Positions 52,000-64,000 of a stretch of DNA of 64,000 nucleotides are shown here, piece by piece (position 1 is the first letter of the stretch; the number at the start of each line of letters is the position of its first letter). The position numbers and the translations under genes were made by a program. This DNA comes from Callorhinchus milii (lineage: Eukaryota). The DNA is taken from positions 63,180,001 through 63,244,000 of the forward strand of contig NW_024704743.1 in the NCBI RefSeq assembly GCF_018977255.1, in the 5' to 3' direction. The notes below the pieces were generated by a model. The model searched no databases, was not told where the DNA came from, and saw only the letters and a list, made by a program, of their open reading frames with translations.

Positions 52000-52750
52000 G
52001 TCAGTCTGGCTCAGGTTATAGCTCTCTCACCTCTCAGAAGACTGTGTTCAAGTCTTATGTCAAGGATTTGTTGGTTCATACCTGATATGTAGCTGGAGTC
52101 CTGTAGCTCAGTGGTTAGAGCACTCGCTTTGCAAGCGAGAGACCTGAGTTCAATGCCAGGCAGGGCGAAACCTTGGGCAAGTTTCCTTACTCTACACTCC
52201 TAATAATATTCCCTCCAAAAACCCAAAACAATAATAAAAATTGGTCATTTTCAATCTACGACTGTTTGTGGGACATTGCTGTGCGCAATTGGCTGCCGCG
52301 TTCGCCCACAAATATACAATCAATTCACTTTACAGTGTGTTCTGTGAAGCGCTTTGGGACGTCTTCCCGACGTGAAAAGCGCTATATCAAATGCAAGGAT
52401 TATTATTATTATTATTACAATGAAATGTTAGCGTGTGCTGCAATATCAGAGGTGCTATTCTTTGGATGAGACACTAAACCAAGGTTCCGCCTGCTTGTTA
52501 AATATCCTCTGGATGTTAAAGATTCGATGCTACTATTTGTAAAGAAAAGGGAGTTTCTCTCAGTGTCCTGGCCAACAATTCAACAGATAAAATTAGTCAT
52601 TAATGTCATGGCTGTGTGTGGGACGTTTCTGTGTGCAAATTGTCTAACATGTTTGCCTACAAATACACAGTCACTGTAATTTGCAATATATCCTGTGAGG
52701 CATTTTGACAAATTTTGATAAAGTATATCAACAGCAAGGAGTATTATTGT
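52000..52750 (+). mobile_element. Old full Deu-domain SINE (SacSINE1/AmnSINE1-like), split by the younger SINE
   Basis: gtcagtctggctcagg head; ggatgttaaagat...ctattt...gggagtttct...tgtcctggccaacaatt Deu core. Other relics at about 9990-10205(+), 23445-24010(+), 37770-38125(-), 46488-46700(+), 53570-53800(-) and 57210-57330(+). Confidence 0.8.
52095..52417 (+). mobile_element. Young SINE nested in an older Deu-SINE
   Basis: Full length, with a cloverleaf-like head (TGC anticodon). Confidence 0.93.
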
Positions 52751-55700
52751 TATCTATAAATATGATTTACTTTTAGTCTTTCAGGATTTGATTTCCATCG
52801 GAACATATTGACACATAGATTGAAGAAACAGATATTTGATCAGCCACATGGAATCACTTTCTGTGGAATGAGCAGATTATATTCTTCTACTGAATAAAAA
52901 GTACTGCAAAATGATCACCTCCCAGATCAAAAATTAGGTAAGTGATATTACCTCGACAAGTGTCATATCCTCGACAAGTGTGATCCAAACCGATCTTTAA
53001 CTATCAAGAGGTTTGGGAGTCGATTTCTGAATCCTTCTCCCGCTCCTCCAACAACCTGAGCACTATGTTTCATTGGGGAATTAAATTGCTTTTGGGTCAA
53101 ACTATTGAAGTGGGTGGTGTTGATCACTCCAAAACCTGTTGATGATTAAAGAGAGTTTTAGATCCCACATTTCAGCAATGGGATCATTATTACAAACAAA
53201 TTGCACATTGTTCACCCTCCGACAGCAAGAGCTGAAAATACTGTGGGTCTGATAGCAGCTTCTCAGTGTCAAGAGACCTGAGGAAAGCTGAGCAAAGTGA
53301 GGATGGCTGACAATATTTTTTTGAAGCGCAAGGAAAATTTGTGTAAAGGCACTAAAATGCTTTATATTAAATCTGCAAATCTCTACATCTTTGTTTGACC
53401 TATAATAACCCTTACATTTAGTACAAATATATTCTGCCCACAAAATACACAGTCAATCCACTTTACAGTAAATTCTGTGAAGCACTTTGAAACGTCTCAA
53501 TGATGTGATAAGACTCCATATCAAATGCAAGGATTATTATTATAATTATAATTATAACACTTTTCACATTAGGAGGACGTTCTGAACCCTTCACAAAATA
53601 TATTGTAAAGTGCAGTGACTGTGTATTGTAGGTGAAATGTCGTAGCTAATTTGCATGTAGCAATGTTCCACAAACACCCATGGGGTGAGTGATTAATTTT
53701 ATTTGGGGTTTGTTGGCCAGGACACCAGGAAGCACTCCCTTCTCTTTTTGAATAGTGGCATGTGATCTTTAACATCCACCTGAACAGGCAGACAGGACAA
53801 AGCTTTACAATGAATGTACACCTCAGAAACAGGCCACTCGGCCCAACCAGACTGTGCCAGGCTTTATACTCCATACGAGTCTCCACCCATTCCTAACTCC
53901 TTCCCATACCCTTCTATTCCCCACTTCCTCATGTGAAGGTCTAGCTTCTTCCTGAATAACCTTTGTTCAACATCTCATCTGAAGGAATAGTACCTCTGAC
54001 AATGCAGCGCCCCCCCAGCACTCAACTGTCAACCTAGACTATATAAGTACTGGTTTTGGGGCTTGATGGAATTTGGTGCCAGGGTATGAAGTGATCTGAA
54101 AATTAGAGTGAAGATTGTGAAATCAATCTTTATCATCTTGTCCATCACATCTGGCAGGGACTTCCACTTCCTGTCAACTCTCTATATGCAAAATTCTGTC
54201 CAATCTCTCCTTTATTTCGTTGCTAATAATCTCATTGATACAACTGAAAACAATAATGTTGTCAGCCATATTTGCTAACCATAGGTCCATGATTGGCAAT
54301 TATCGTCCATCTTCAAATCACACCTGAAGACTTTCCTCTCCAACCTTGGAACCAAATTAGCCTTTATGAGAGAACTAGATAGAGATCTAAAAAGGAGTAA
54401 TTTGGGGGGAAATGGGGAAAAGACAAGTGGAAGGGACCGAATAGATTGGAGAGTAAATCCTATGAAGTGCTTTGAAATGTCTTCCTGATGTGAAAGGTGC
54501 TGTTTCAAATACAAGGATTGTTACTACTATTGCTTTTTCAAACATCTATGTTTCTGTGGAATAATGTATTCCAAAATAGAAATGATAATTCTGGTTACGG
54601 TATGCGCTTAAGAGTTGATAAAAGGGGAACTCATCATTATTTAAATTACAGTAAATTTGAGAAATTGACTCACAAACACAGTTCTTTGCCTAGTGTTTGG
54701 TATCACATGGAAATCCAGCTTGTGATATCACACCTGCGTGACAGAGCCAGTCCTTCTGGGCTTTTCTCAGCAGTAATATCACATTTTTCTGTCATGTAGT
54801 CTTGCCACACAAATGTTTATGGAATTTTGTGTTTAAATGAGAGTAATCATCCTTACATTTTAAACAGACCCTTTTCACACTGGGAGAATGTCTCAAAGCA
54901 CTTCACAGGATATACCGCAAAGTGGAGTGACTACTGTATGTTGCAGGCAAATGTATTAAAAGGAAAAATATAAAATAAAACAAGGCAAATGTGGAAAGAT
55001 ACATTCACTGCAAAAATGAAGCCTCTTTTGATCATAGCCTCTAGTTCAATTCTATAAATCCCCCATTTGGTTTGTCTGTTTATTTCCCATGTTGTCCATT
55101 TACTTTCTCTTTCAATAATGTGTAGGGGAAGCCTTCCTCCTGGACTGTTGTGAAACCATAAAGAGAGTGAGAGATTAACCAAATTGCCCAATTACCAGCT
55201 GTTTATGTTTCATGAGATAATGAGTCAGGAATTTACTATCAGCTGGATAACTTGGTGAATAAGTCCCACTTGGAACTTGCTCAGAAGAGCTCAGGTAAAT
55301 CAGTCAGAGGAAAGGTTCCCTGGCAACATTGAGCTGGTTAATAAGAAAACAGGAAAATGAATCGAAAGAGAATCATAAAAGGCAGAGCGGCATCAGGAGC
55401 ATTTTTGGATCTCAAAGCAATCAGTGCCTCAGCGCAATCTCCCAAAAGCAGCTTATCTTTTACATCTGCAGCATAATCAGATCAGCAAAGGCTTGTTACA
55501 CCATTAAACTAATGCTATTCCAAAATGGCCCCACTAGTCATGTGATCTCACGGCAGAGTTACTACAGGACTGGTTGATGTTGGCTGCATTGCCCTCATAC
55601 ACCCGCCCCCTCCCACTTTTTCCCTTCAAATTTTTATGAGCACTGCAAACTGGTGAGAAAGAGATTAAATAAGGTCAAACATGACTTAGGTGTACACACT

Positions 55701-58603
55701 CACAATTCACATAGGAACCAGAGTAGAACATTTGATGGGCCAAACCTACTTCAGCATTTTACTAGATCATGGCTGATCTTTTCTCTATATTCCTTAATAC
55801 TCCTGACCCAACTGTACAGTGCCTTGGGACGTCCTCCCGACGTGAAAGGTGCTCTATAAATGGAATCTTGTTGTTGTTGTACTCTTATAGCCTATGTACC
55901 CATTTATCTCTCTTTTAAGCATCCCAATTGATTCAGAATTTATGACCTTCTGGGATGTGCAGTCTATATTCTGACAAGCCATTGGGACTGAAAGAACCTT
56001 TGAACGTGAATAATAATAAAAATCCTTGTATTTGATATAGCGCCTTATCAGATATTCGAGACAAATCAAAGCACTTCACAGAATATACTGCAAAGTGAAT
56101 TGACTGTAAAGTTTGTGGGTGAAAAGTGGTGGAAGAGTCCAATGTGAATGGCGTGTGTACAGAGAGAATATGGTGCATCTTGTGTAGGAACCACGTCAAC
56201 TCTGTGTCAGACTGACACATGTGAACCTGTTCCTGAGGCAATGTGGTGTCAGAGCAATAGTCGCAGAACTTGGTGTGACATCAATCAGGTTCCCTGCATA
56301 TTCCACACTGTCAGTCCAGAACACCCAGAGAGAACCACAAGGTTTCCCCTCCCACCAGCTACCTGCACCCAGTCACAGGTGATAATCTGCACAGAAATAA
56401 TAACATTACAATATAATACCATGTGTGTTTATGTAGGCAAGCGCTGACTGCAGGTAAATCTGCGTCAACAAAATCCCACAAACTACAAGTGAGATTAATA
56501 TTGAAAACAAAAGGGAGAAAGGGAAAGAAAAAAATGAGCGACAATAAAATGAAAAATAAATATTCTCATAGCTTTTGAATTGCATCACAACATTATCTGG
56601 TTGTTGAGTGTGAGGTGTTTACTATTATTCTCAAAACTTTCTAATTCCATTCCAGTCAGTTGCATACTAACATCCAATGTTTTTCTACCTGTGCATGTTG
56701 TTTCACAGTTGCCAGTGTTCAATTTCATTTGCATACGTCTGCCTGCTTACATAACTGATCTAAATTATTCTGCAAATCTTTTAATGTATCCTCCAACTCC
56801 ACTGCTCTCCCTCTTTTTGTGTTGTCAGCTTGCAGCTGGTTTTGGAATTCAGGTCATTTATGTAACAATAATGGTCCAAGCAGTGCACTGACCCTTGTGG
56901 GATTCACTCAACGTATCCCCCAGTCTGACTTTGTACAGCAAATCTGACAAGTGCTCTCTGCTTCCTATTTTTAACCAGTTTCTTATCCCGTCTCCGTATT
57001 CTGCAGGGTTTCATTGCAAGTCTTTCAACTGTAACTTTGTCAAAAGCTCTCAGGAAATATCTAGTAATCTCTCTTTCAAACAACCCAACCGACCATGCAT
57101 TCAATACGCTTACAACCCAATGGGATTGCAAAAGTGCTGGAATAGGAAAACCACAGTGTAAATGGCATGTGCCAAAAACAGCACCAGAATGTAAAATGTG
57201 TTTGTACAGGTCCTGTCTGCCTGTTCAAGTAGACATTAAAGATCCCATGGCACAATTTGTAAAGAGAAGAGAGTTTCTTCTGGGTAACAATCTCCCTGGA
57301 TAAAAGAGCTATTGTGGGATGTCGCTGTGTTCACATAAACACTACACGTAATTCCCGTGAAGCACTTTACAGAGCCAGATGGGAGTATGAGGTTGGGGGT
57401 AGGCGGGGGATAACTGAAGGCACAGTTAAGGAGAGAGGACTGTAGAGGGGTTTAAAAGCAAAAAGGGAGGGGGAACATGGAGAGGTTTAGGGAAAGAGTT
57501 CCAGAGTGTTTGGCACAGTGACTATTGTGATTTATAAGGAGTAGTTCCCAACTGATTCAGAGCCTCTCATCAGGGAGTTTGCCAGTAACTGGCAGTAATA
57601 AGCCCTTAAAAAAAATCACTTAACCACGACTGTTTGTGGGACACTGCTGTGCGCAATTGGTTGCCGCATTTTGCCCACAAAAATATTAAGTCAATTCACT
57701 TTACTATTACCTCACAAATGACTCAAGGGATTTCCATTCTGAAGTACTGGATCAGAATTTGGGGATTGGGACAAGTCAGCCGTTAGCACTGCCAGTTACT
57801 GGCAAGATTCCCGATAGTGCTGTGAGGCCCTGGGTCAGCCTGGTAAACACAGGTCCCAGTATCCGACACAATGAGGTTACTACTTCCTTGTTTTAGTTAA
57901 TAGCGTACATGCTGGCTGATTAGATCTTGACATGTAAAACCCTCATTAAGACAGTGAATTCCACTGCCCAATGTTTCAAATGCTGCCAACATTTTCTTGG
58001 ATCTGTGCGGAGATACAGCACAAGCAAACCTTCCCACTGGTCGTTCAACATCACTCTGTTCCTCGGCAAAAATGTAATTATTAACCTCATAAATAACAAT
58101 TGTTATTTAACAGTAATTTGTGTGGAGCATACGGCAATGAGGAGTGAAATGAATTCATGGCCAATTTAATGTTTTGTGCAAGGCAGCAGATGGTCTGAAA
58201 CACAGACCAAAAATAGTGGGAACACAGTGTGCAGACAGGAACACTAGAAGTTCAAGTCAAACAGCCAGGACAATGACATGCTCTCACTAGGGACATGGTA
58301 TCTAACCAGTTGGACTCTAAACAAAAAACAATAGCAGGGCTGAATGAGCATTCGCTGAAAAAACACATCAGAGTAAACGCCATCATCACACTGACTTGTG
58401 AGACAAGTTGCTTTTATATAGGGTAATGGGCTACACACTGGGTAGTGTACACCAACGTCACACAGCCTAGTGGTTTACCAAACCAGATAAGTGGGGGTGA
58501 GAATCATAAACATAGGCACCTTGTTGGGCCTAATATTAATAAAAATCCTTGTATTTGACCTGATGACCTTTTGCTGTTCGTAACATGTTCTGAAGTGCAC
58601 CAT

Positions 58604-58917
58604 GGAGTCCTGTAGCTCAGTGGTCAGAGCACTCGCCTTGCAAGTGAGACACCTGGGTTCAATTCCAGGTAGGGTGAAACATTGGGCAAGTTTTCTTACT
58701 CCACAAGTCTGATAATAATCCCGCCAAAATAAAACAATAATAAATTGGTTATTTTCAATTCACGGCTGTTTGTGGGACACTGCTGTGTGCAATTGGCTGC
58801 TGCGTTTCGCCCACAAATATACAGTCAGTTCACTTTACAGTCTATTCTGTGAAGTGCTTTGAGACATCGAGAAGACGTGAAAAGCGCTATATCAAATGCA
58901 AGGATTATTATTATTAT
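58604..58917 (+). mobile_element. Young SINE, full length
   Basis: Head, core and tail; anticodon loop CTTGCAA. Confidence 0.92.
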
Positions 58918-61616
58918 TTGAATAGGATTCGCCTGTCGTGAGAATGCGGAAAAAAGCTAGTTTGTGGTTGGCCAAAATTGCTATTTAAAAAAAATTATCC
59001 GTGCAGTTCCATGAGGGAAGTAAGTTAAAAAACCACAGCTTTGGTATAATTTATTCAGCGGTACATTTCTCACTTTCGGCCCCTCTGAAAATCAATTGGA
59101 TTATTTTTCTTATTTCCGTCATGAAAGAAAAAGAACATATTATTAAACAAGCTGGTGGAGTTGGAACACATTGATGAAGCAATAACACAGATGCCTTTCA
59201 ACGAGTTCCCAGAATTGATACCTAAGCTCCCTATTTTGTTCTACCACAGCACAAGATTTAAGACGGTCCTACTTGATGTTTGTAACCCAATGCATAGAAA
59301 CAAGGACGTTTGGACACTGTTACCCCATTTTTACTTGTGAAAGAGTTGACACTGTTCCCAAAGGTCGGATTTGTGTGTCCCTGCGGAGGTATGAGTTTGA
59401 ATTGGTACAGACATGAGCTAGACCCACCTTAGGATAGGTTTCATGTCAGTGCTGAATCCTATGGGGATGGGGGCCACTGTAAACAGGCAGTGGACTAGCA
59501 ACCCAAATCCCCACAATCCAAGCATGCGTCTCCCGCTCGCTGTGGTGCCTCCTGTGAATTGCACTGATTTTGGTCGCCATCAGGAAAAACAAGGTTTAAG
59601 CAAGTTACAAATCGAATGTGTGCACATGCACACACTAGCGTGATGCAACCCATCTCCCACCCCCCTCCCACACACACACATACACACACACAGCGAACAC
59701 CACCCCCGCAGTATCTGACACATTCGAGTCATTGAATGTCAATGTAGAGCTGTAATTGCTGGTTGGAGATGCTCAGCATTATAAACAGGTATAAACTGCA
59801 CTAATCCGGCATTGTGGGTTTGATTGCTGAGCTGCATTATGGCATCAGTAGGTGTGACCATAAGCAAGTTGTGCGTCTGTGACTTTAATTTCCCTGGTCA
59901 GCAAAGAAGCAAAACATCAAGGGGTTGTGTGATCCTCAAGCTAATCTCTCTGCTCAATGTGCTGAGGTGAAATTTGGAGCGAAATCTGTGGCCAACTAGT
60001 CAAAAGATCACAAGTTAGTCCATCACAATGATGGACAAGATCCTCCATATTGGCACATCACATTTTCAACTTTACGGATTAACAAACCTAAAACTGCTCG
60101 TTACACCTTAGGCTGTTTCTTAATGGAGTCCAGTGTCCTGGCCTCTAACGCCTTAAACCTTTCCTGGTTAGCTGTTCCAGTTATTGATTTGTTCTCTCTG
60201 TAAACAATTACTTTCTTATGGATATCTTAAAGTTTCAAGGCGAATGCCTTTCCCCTGTCCTTTTCTCATCCCCAACGACAGTGCAGCTGAAATCCACTTA
60301 ATATCACCAAGAGGTTCATTCCAGGGCCCTAATGATGTGAATTTTAGAGGTTTGCAGAAGCATATTCTTCACTCCTATTTGTGGCACATTTAATGTGCTC
60401 TCCCATTAGAACAATGAATTAGGCACAGACCAGCTTGTGTAAGTGGGTTTGCATCACATTGGCTGTCATATCCATGTCCAGTGCAGAATGCAACCATCAA
60501 TCCCCAGCACATTGAGGATTTTGTGCATCTGGTGTACTGGCAGGATCAATATTTACAAATTCTATTGAAATCCTGTTTTGAATACCTTGCTCCGAGGCTA
60601 TCTCACGTAAAGGATACTATATACATGCTAGTTGTTCTTATTGTCTTAACCCTATTAATGATTGTTTTATTGTGGTAGCAAACAATGACATAACTGAGGG
60701 TGGCTGCTGCAGCCCTTATCTCTTCTGAGCATTGTAAACCTCCGCAGGCTCACAGCTGCTTGTTTACTTCATGAGNAAAAATGGTTATGAGAGTAGGTAC
60801 CTAATGCAGATTTAGAGCATTAGCTATCTTAGTGCAAGGCAGTCATCATTACCAGCCTTAGGTAAAAGACACCAGATGCAAAGACTTATTTTTACCACAC
60901 TCAGCGACAGACCTGTTTTACAGGGAGTATTGCTCGTGGAGGGCTGTGAGAGCAACTGTCCTGCTAGGCAAAGTCAACTTGACAATTATCCACTTGATGT
61001 CAGCCAGGCTGCTACCCAGTGGACCCGAGACAAAGTCCCACTGCAGCCTGCCTCTGGGGAGATTTCCAGTGTAATTGTCAGTCTTCCTCTGCAACTCTTT
61101 TTGTTCCAACCACCTGGAACATGCTTCTAAACACAACCAGACTTGCTGCCAGATCCTGAACTTTCCAGTGTGTATCAGGTACTGTTGTTAGCTTCTCCTT
61201 CTCTTGTTGGAAAACATGTTAATAGGGAATAAAACTAAAAAGACAATACAACACATGGGAATTGGAGTCTTAGAATTTGACAGATTCTTAAACACGGCCT
61301 TACGTTTGAATTCCATTTTCAGTAAGTTTCTTTTAAGAACTACAGAAAACCGATTTCAAAGTTAAGACTGAATTCAACAATTTGCTAAATTCTAACACAC
61401 TCTAAAATGTTGCATAGAGTACATCTAGCTCAGGTGGAATTTCTCCCCTATAGTTTTTCACTTTTAATAATTTAACAATTAAATTATAATAATTGGAAAA
61501 CAGACAAGTGGGTGATTGTTGCTATTTCTTCACCCCCTACATATAAGACTGAGAACGAAAATCCTGTCTGTTCCGAGTGAGTCTGGGTTTGTCTATGTAA
61601 CAATAACATAGTTTGT

Positions 61617-62110
61617 GGAGTCCTGTAGTGTAGTGGTTAGTGCGCTCGCCTCACAAGCGAGAGGACGCGAGTTCGCTTCCCGGGCCAGGCGAAAACCTAG
61701 GCAAGTTAGCTTACTCCACACACCATTGTTTACCTGGCAGCAAGTAGGAACCCAGTTGTTTGGTGGATCGCTTTTTCGGGGGTAACAATTTCCTCAAAAA
61801 AATAATAATATGGTCACTCAATCCATGACTGTTAGTAAGACACTGCTGTGCACAATTGACTGTCGCTTTGTGCCCACAAAATATACAGCCAATGCACTTT
61901 ACAGTATAAACAAAACTTGTGTTCTAATGAAGGATTGTGGACCCGAAACGTTGACTCACTTTCCTTTCTCCATAGATGCTGCTTGACTTGCTTAATGTTC
62001 CCAGCGACTTCTGTTTTTGTTTCACTTTACAGTATATTCTGAGATGCGCTCTGAGACATCTCGAAGCCATGTTAAGATGCTATATCAAGTACAAGGATTA
62101 TTATTACTAT
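61617..62110 (+). mobile_element. Long-form SINE with a tRNA-Val(CAC)-like head, containing a Penelope-like insert
   Basis: gtagtgtagtggttag...ctcgcCTCACAAgcgag head; extra internal segment as in 14905-15256. Confidence 0.87.
61909..62022 (+). mobile_element. Penelope-like terminal repeat inserted in a SINE, 14-bp TSD
   Basis: Near-identical to 12811-12908; CACTTTACAGTATA is duplicated at 61895-61908 and 62023-62036. Confidence 0.8.
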
Positions 62111-62809
62111 TAACACGGGCTTGCGATAAGCAATCCTGGTGCAGCTGAAATCTGCAGCCCCCTCAAGGTAACCAGGTTGTGGAAGGCTACAATGATTTTA
62201 TTACATTTGTCTGGCTTCAGCTTTACTGGATGCCCTCCTGATCTTTCAGGAAAATAGACTTGTTCCGGAGAAATTACAACAACAACAACAAGATTCCATT
62301 TATAAAGCGCATTTCACGTCAGGAGGACGTCCCAAGGCGCTGCACAGTTGGATCATGATTTACACGTAAATCTAGATTTGCAATATTTTCTTAGCGTTTT
62401 GGAGCATGCAGAGTTTGGCAAATTGTTCCTAAAAGAATTTACAGAAACCAGCTTCAGAATTAAGACTGTGTAAGAATTTGCCAAATTCTACACACTCTGA
62501 AATGCTAAGCAAACAGAGTAGATGTAGACCAGGTGGAATAACCAGCCTGATATGTGTGCAGCTGGGCTGGTTAGTTATTAATGTGAGCTGAATTTTCAGA
62601 GACCGGGACTATACAAACAGATATACTGAACATGTACTGTGTGCTCCCTCTCTGTCTGACACGTTTTCTGATTTTTTAAGGTAGGAGCATCAACAGTGAA
62701 AATCCATATGTTCTTAAAATTAAAAATGGTACAATATATTAATTTTGCAACAATACCGCATCGGTGGCTAACTAACCTAAACCCACCTCACGTTCCTTAT
62801 TGTCGTGAT

Positions 62810-63450
62810 CGGCTGCAGATCATCCTGAACTCTGCAGCCTATGTCCTCTCCTGCACCAAGCCCATTGCCCCCATCCTCGTTCAGCTCTACTAGCTCCCTG
62901 TGCTACAACATACAGTCACTAAACTTTACAGTGTATCCTGTGAAGCACTTTGGGACGTCCTCCTGACATGAAAGATGCTATATTGAATGGAAGGATTATC
63001 CCCCAACTGATTGTATTCATGATCCTTTCCTTCACTTTAAAATTCCTCCAAGGTTCATCCCCACCCTATCTCTGTGACCTCCAGCAATCCTACTGCTCCA
63101 GGCATTCCCTCCAACAACAACAACAACATTACATTTGTATAGCAGCTTGGGGCCTGTTACATGTCCCCACCCAATCTGCCCCACTATCAATGGGTGATTG
63201 TGTGGCAGATTGGGTGGGGGACATGAAGCAGGTTTAATGGGCCTTTCAACCATTCTGCTTCAATTCTCTGGAACTCCGGGTCTTGTCTGCCTTGCCTCTC
63301 CCCACCTCCAAAACAAGCCTTAAGGTCTATTTTGCAAAATATGCTTTCAGCCACCATCCTTCCTTACCCCCAAATCAGGCACTCAGTCAGCTGCGCAAGC
63401 ACTTCAGATATCCTTCCAACATTAAAGGAGTTACAAAATGTAAATGCACT
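62810..63450 (+). mobile_element. L2 3' fragment with nested tail-only insertions
   Basis: LQIILNSAAYVL..PIAPILVQLY motif; short SINE/L2 tails inserted at about 62910-63000 and 63113-63142. Confidence 0.65.
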
Positions 63451-64000
63451 AGAACGCCGACTGGTCAAATGGGGGAGGTGGGGGCAGATCTGGTCTGGTG
63501 AGCTAGAATCTTGGTTAACTCTAGTTACAATGCTGGTACCAGCATTTACTAGCTGTTTTCAGTGCCAAAACATACTGGTAAATACCAATATTGTAATTGA
63601 TTGAATCCTGTGAGCAGAGAATAGTTAATAAGCTACCTTCTGATCGTGCGATTCAATCTGAGTCACAGTGGAGATCGCTGGCCATGGGGGAAAGCCAGTG
63701 AGCATGGTGAGGCAGGCGGGGTGTGGGGTATAATTGGAGAGTGGGGCTAGCGGAGGTCTACACATTAGTCGCGGAAATTTAAAATATGTTTAGGTTTCAG
63801 GATCGGTCTGGGAAGGTCCAAAACTCCAGATACCCGGAGTACAGTAATCCAGGGGTTACTGTAGTTATTGTATAAGCTGTTGGCCAGATAATTGAAAGTG
63901 GATAGCTATATACTGCAAAATCAACATTGCTGATTAATGACAGTTGTCTGTGTAATAGTCCCCAGGGTAAAGAGCAATTGTAAACATGCTTTCAGGTTTA

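Noticed and set aside
52095..52170. tRNA-Ala(TGC)-like cloverleafs (also at 11850-11922, 20030-20103, 23634-23710, 47000-47072, 58604-58680)
   Set aside because: Each continues into the same SINE body and tail, so they are SINE heads rather than tRNA genes.
52785..52917. Plus-strand segment with a good acceptor and a GTAAGT donor
   Set aside because: Stops in all three frames; at most a non-coding exon, unsupported without RNA data.
60776..60776. Single N base
   Set aside because: Assembly ambiguity, not a biological feature.
60876..61136. Overlapping 72-84 aa ORFs in unique sequence
   Set aside because: No recognisable motif in any frame; the length is within chance expectation.
63840..63863. 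TACAGTAA..TTACTGTA mini inverted repeat resembling Tc1/mariner ends
   Set aside because: Only 8-bp arms; too short to call.
27400..64000. Possible syntenic neighbours such as RECK or avidin-like genes
   Set aside because: No recognisable exons were found by eye or in the ORF track; very short exons could have been missed.

Overview
Vertebrate genomic DNA. The repeat content (L2 and CR1 LINEs, Deu-domain tRNA-derived SINEs, Penelope-type termini) suggests a cartilaginous fish, probably a holocephalan; this is inference. One complete protein-coding gene can be reconstructed by hand: GLIPR2/GAPR-1 on the minus strand. It has 5 coding exons (26217-26229, 25966-26074, 25765-25868, 21225-21302, 2642-2802; 465 nt, 154 aa, all GT-AG), a CArG/TATA-like promoter at about 26.37 kb and an 18.4-kb last intron. 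The remaining sequence is intronic or intergenic and dense in transposon relics; no second gene could be supported. Most interesting observations: (1) an inverted pair of Penelope-like termini with decayed hammerhead-ribozyme cores that captured about 90 bp of nearby DNA; (2) a fossil non-LTR reverse transcriptase unlike the local L2/CR1 families; (3) a recursive-splice-like AG|GTAAG at GLIPR2 exon 4; (4) SINE subfamilies that differ in tRNA-head identity (Val vs Ala) and in the 3' LINE-recognition loop; (5) several unclassified palindromic repeat families. I found no convincing evidence of a wholly new multi-gene system. Repeat boundaries are approximate, and comparisons to known families are from memory, not database searches.
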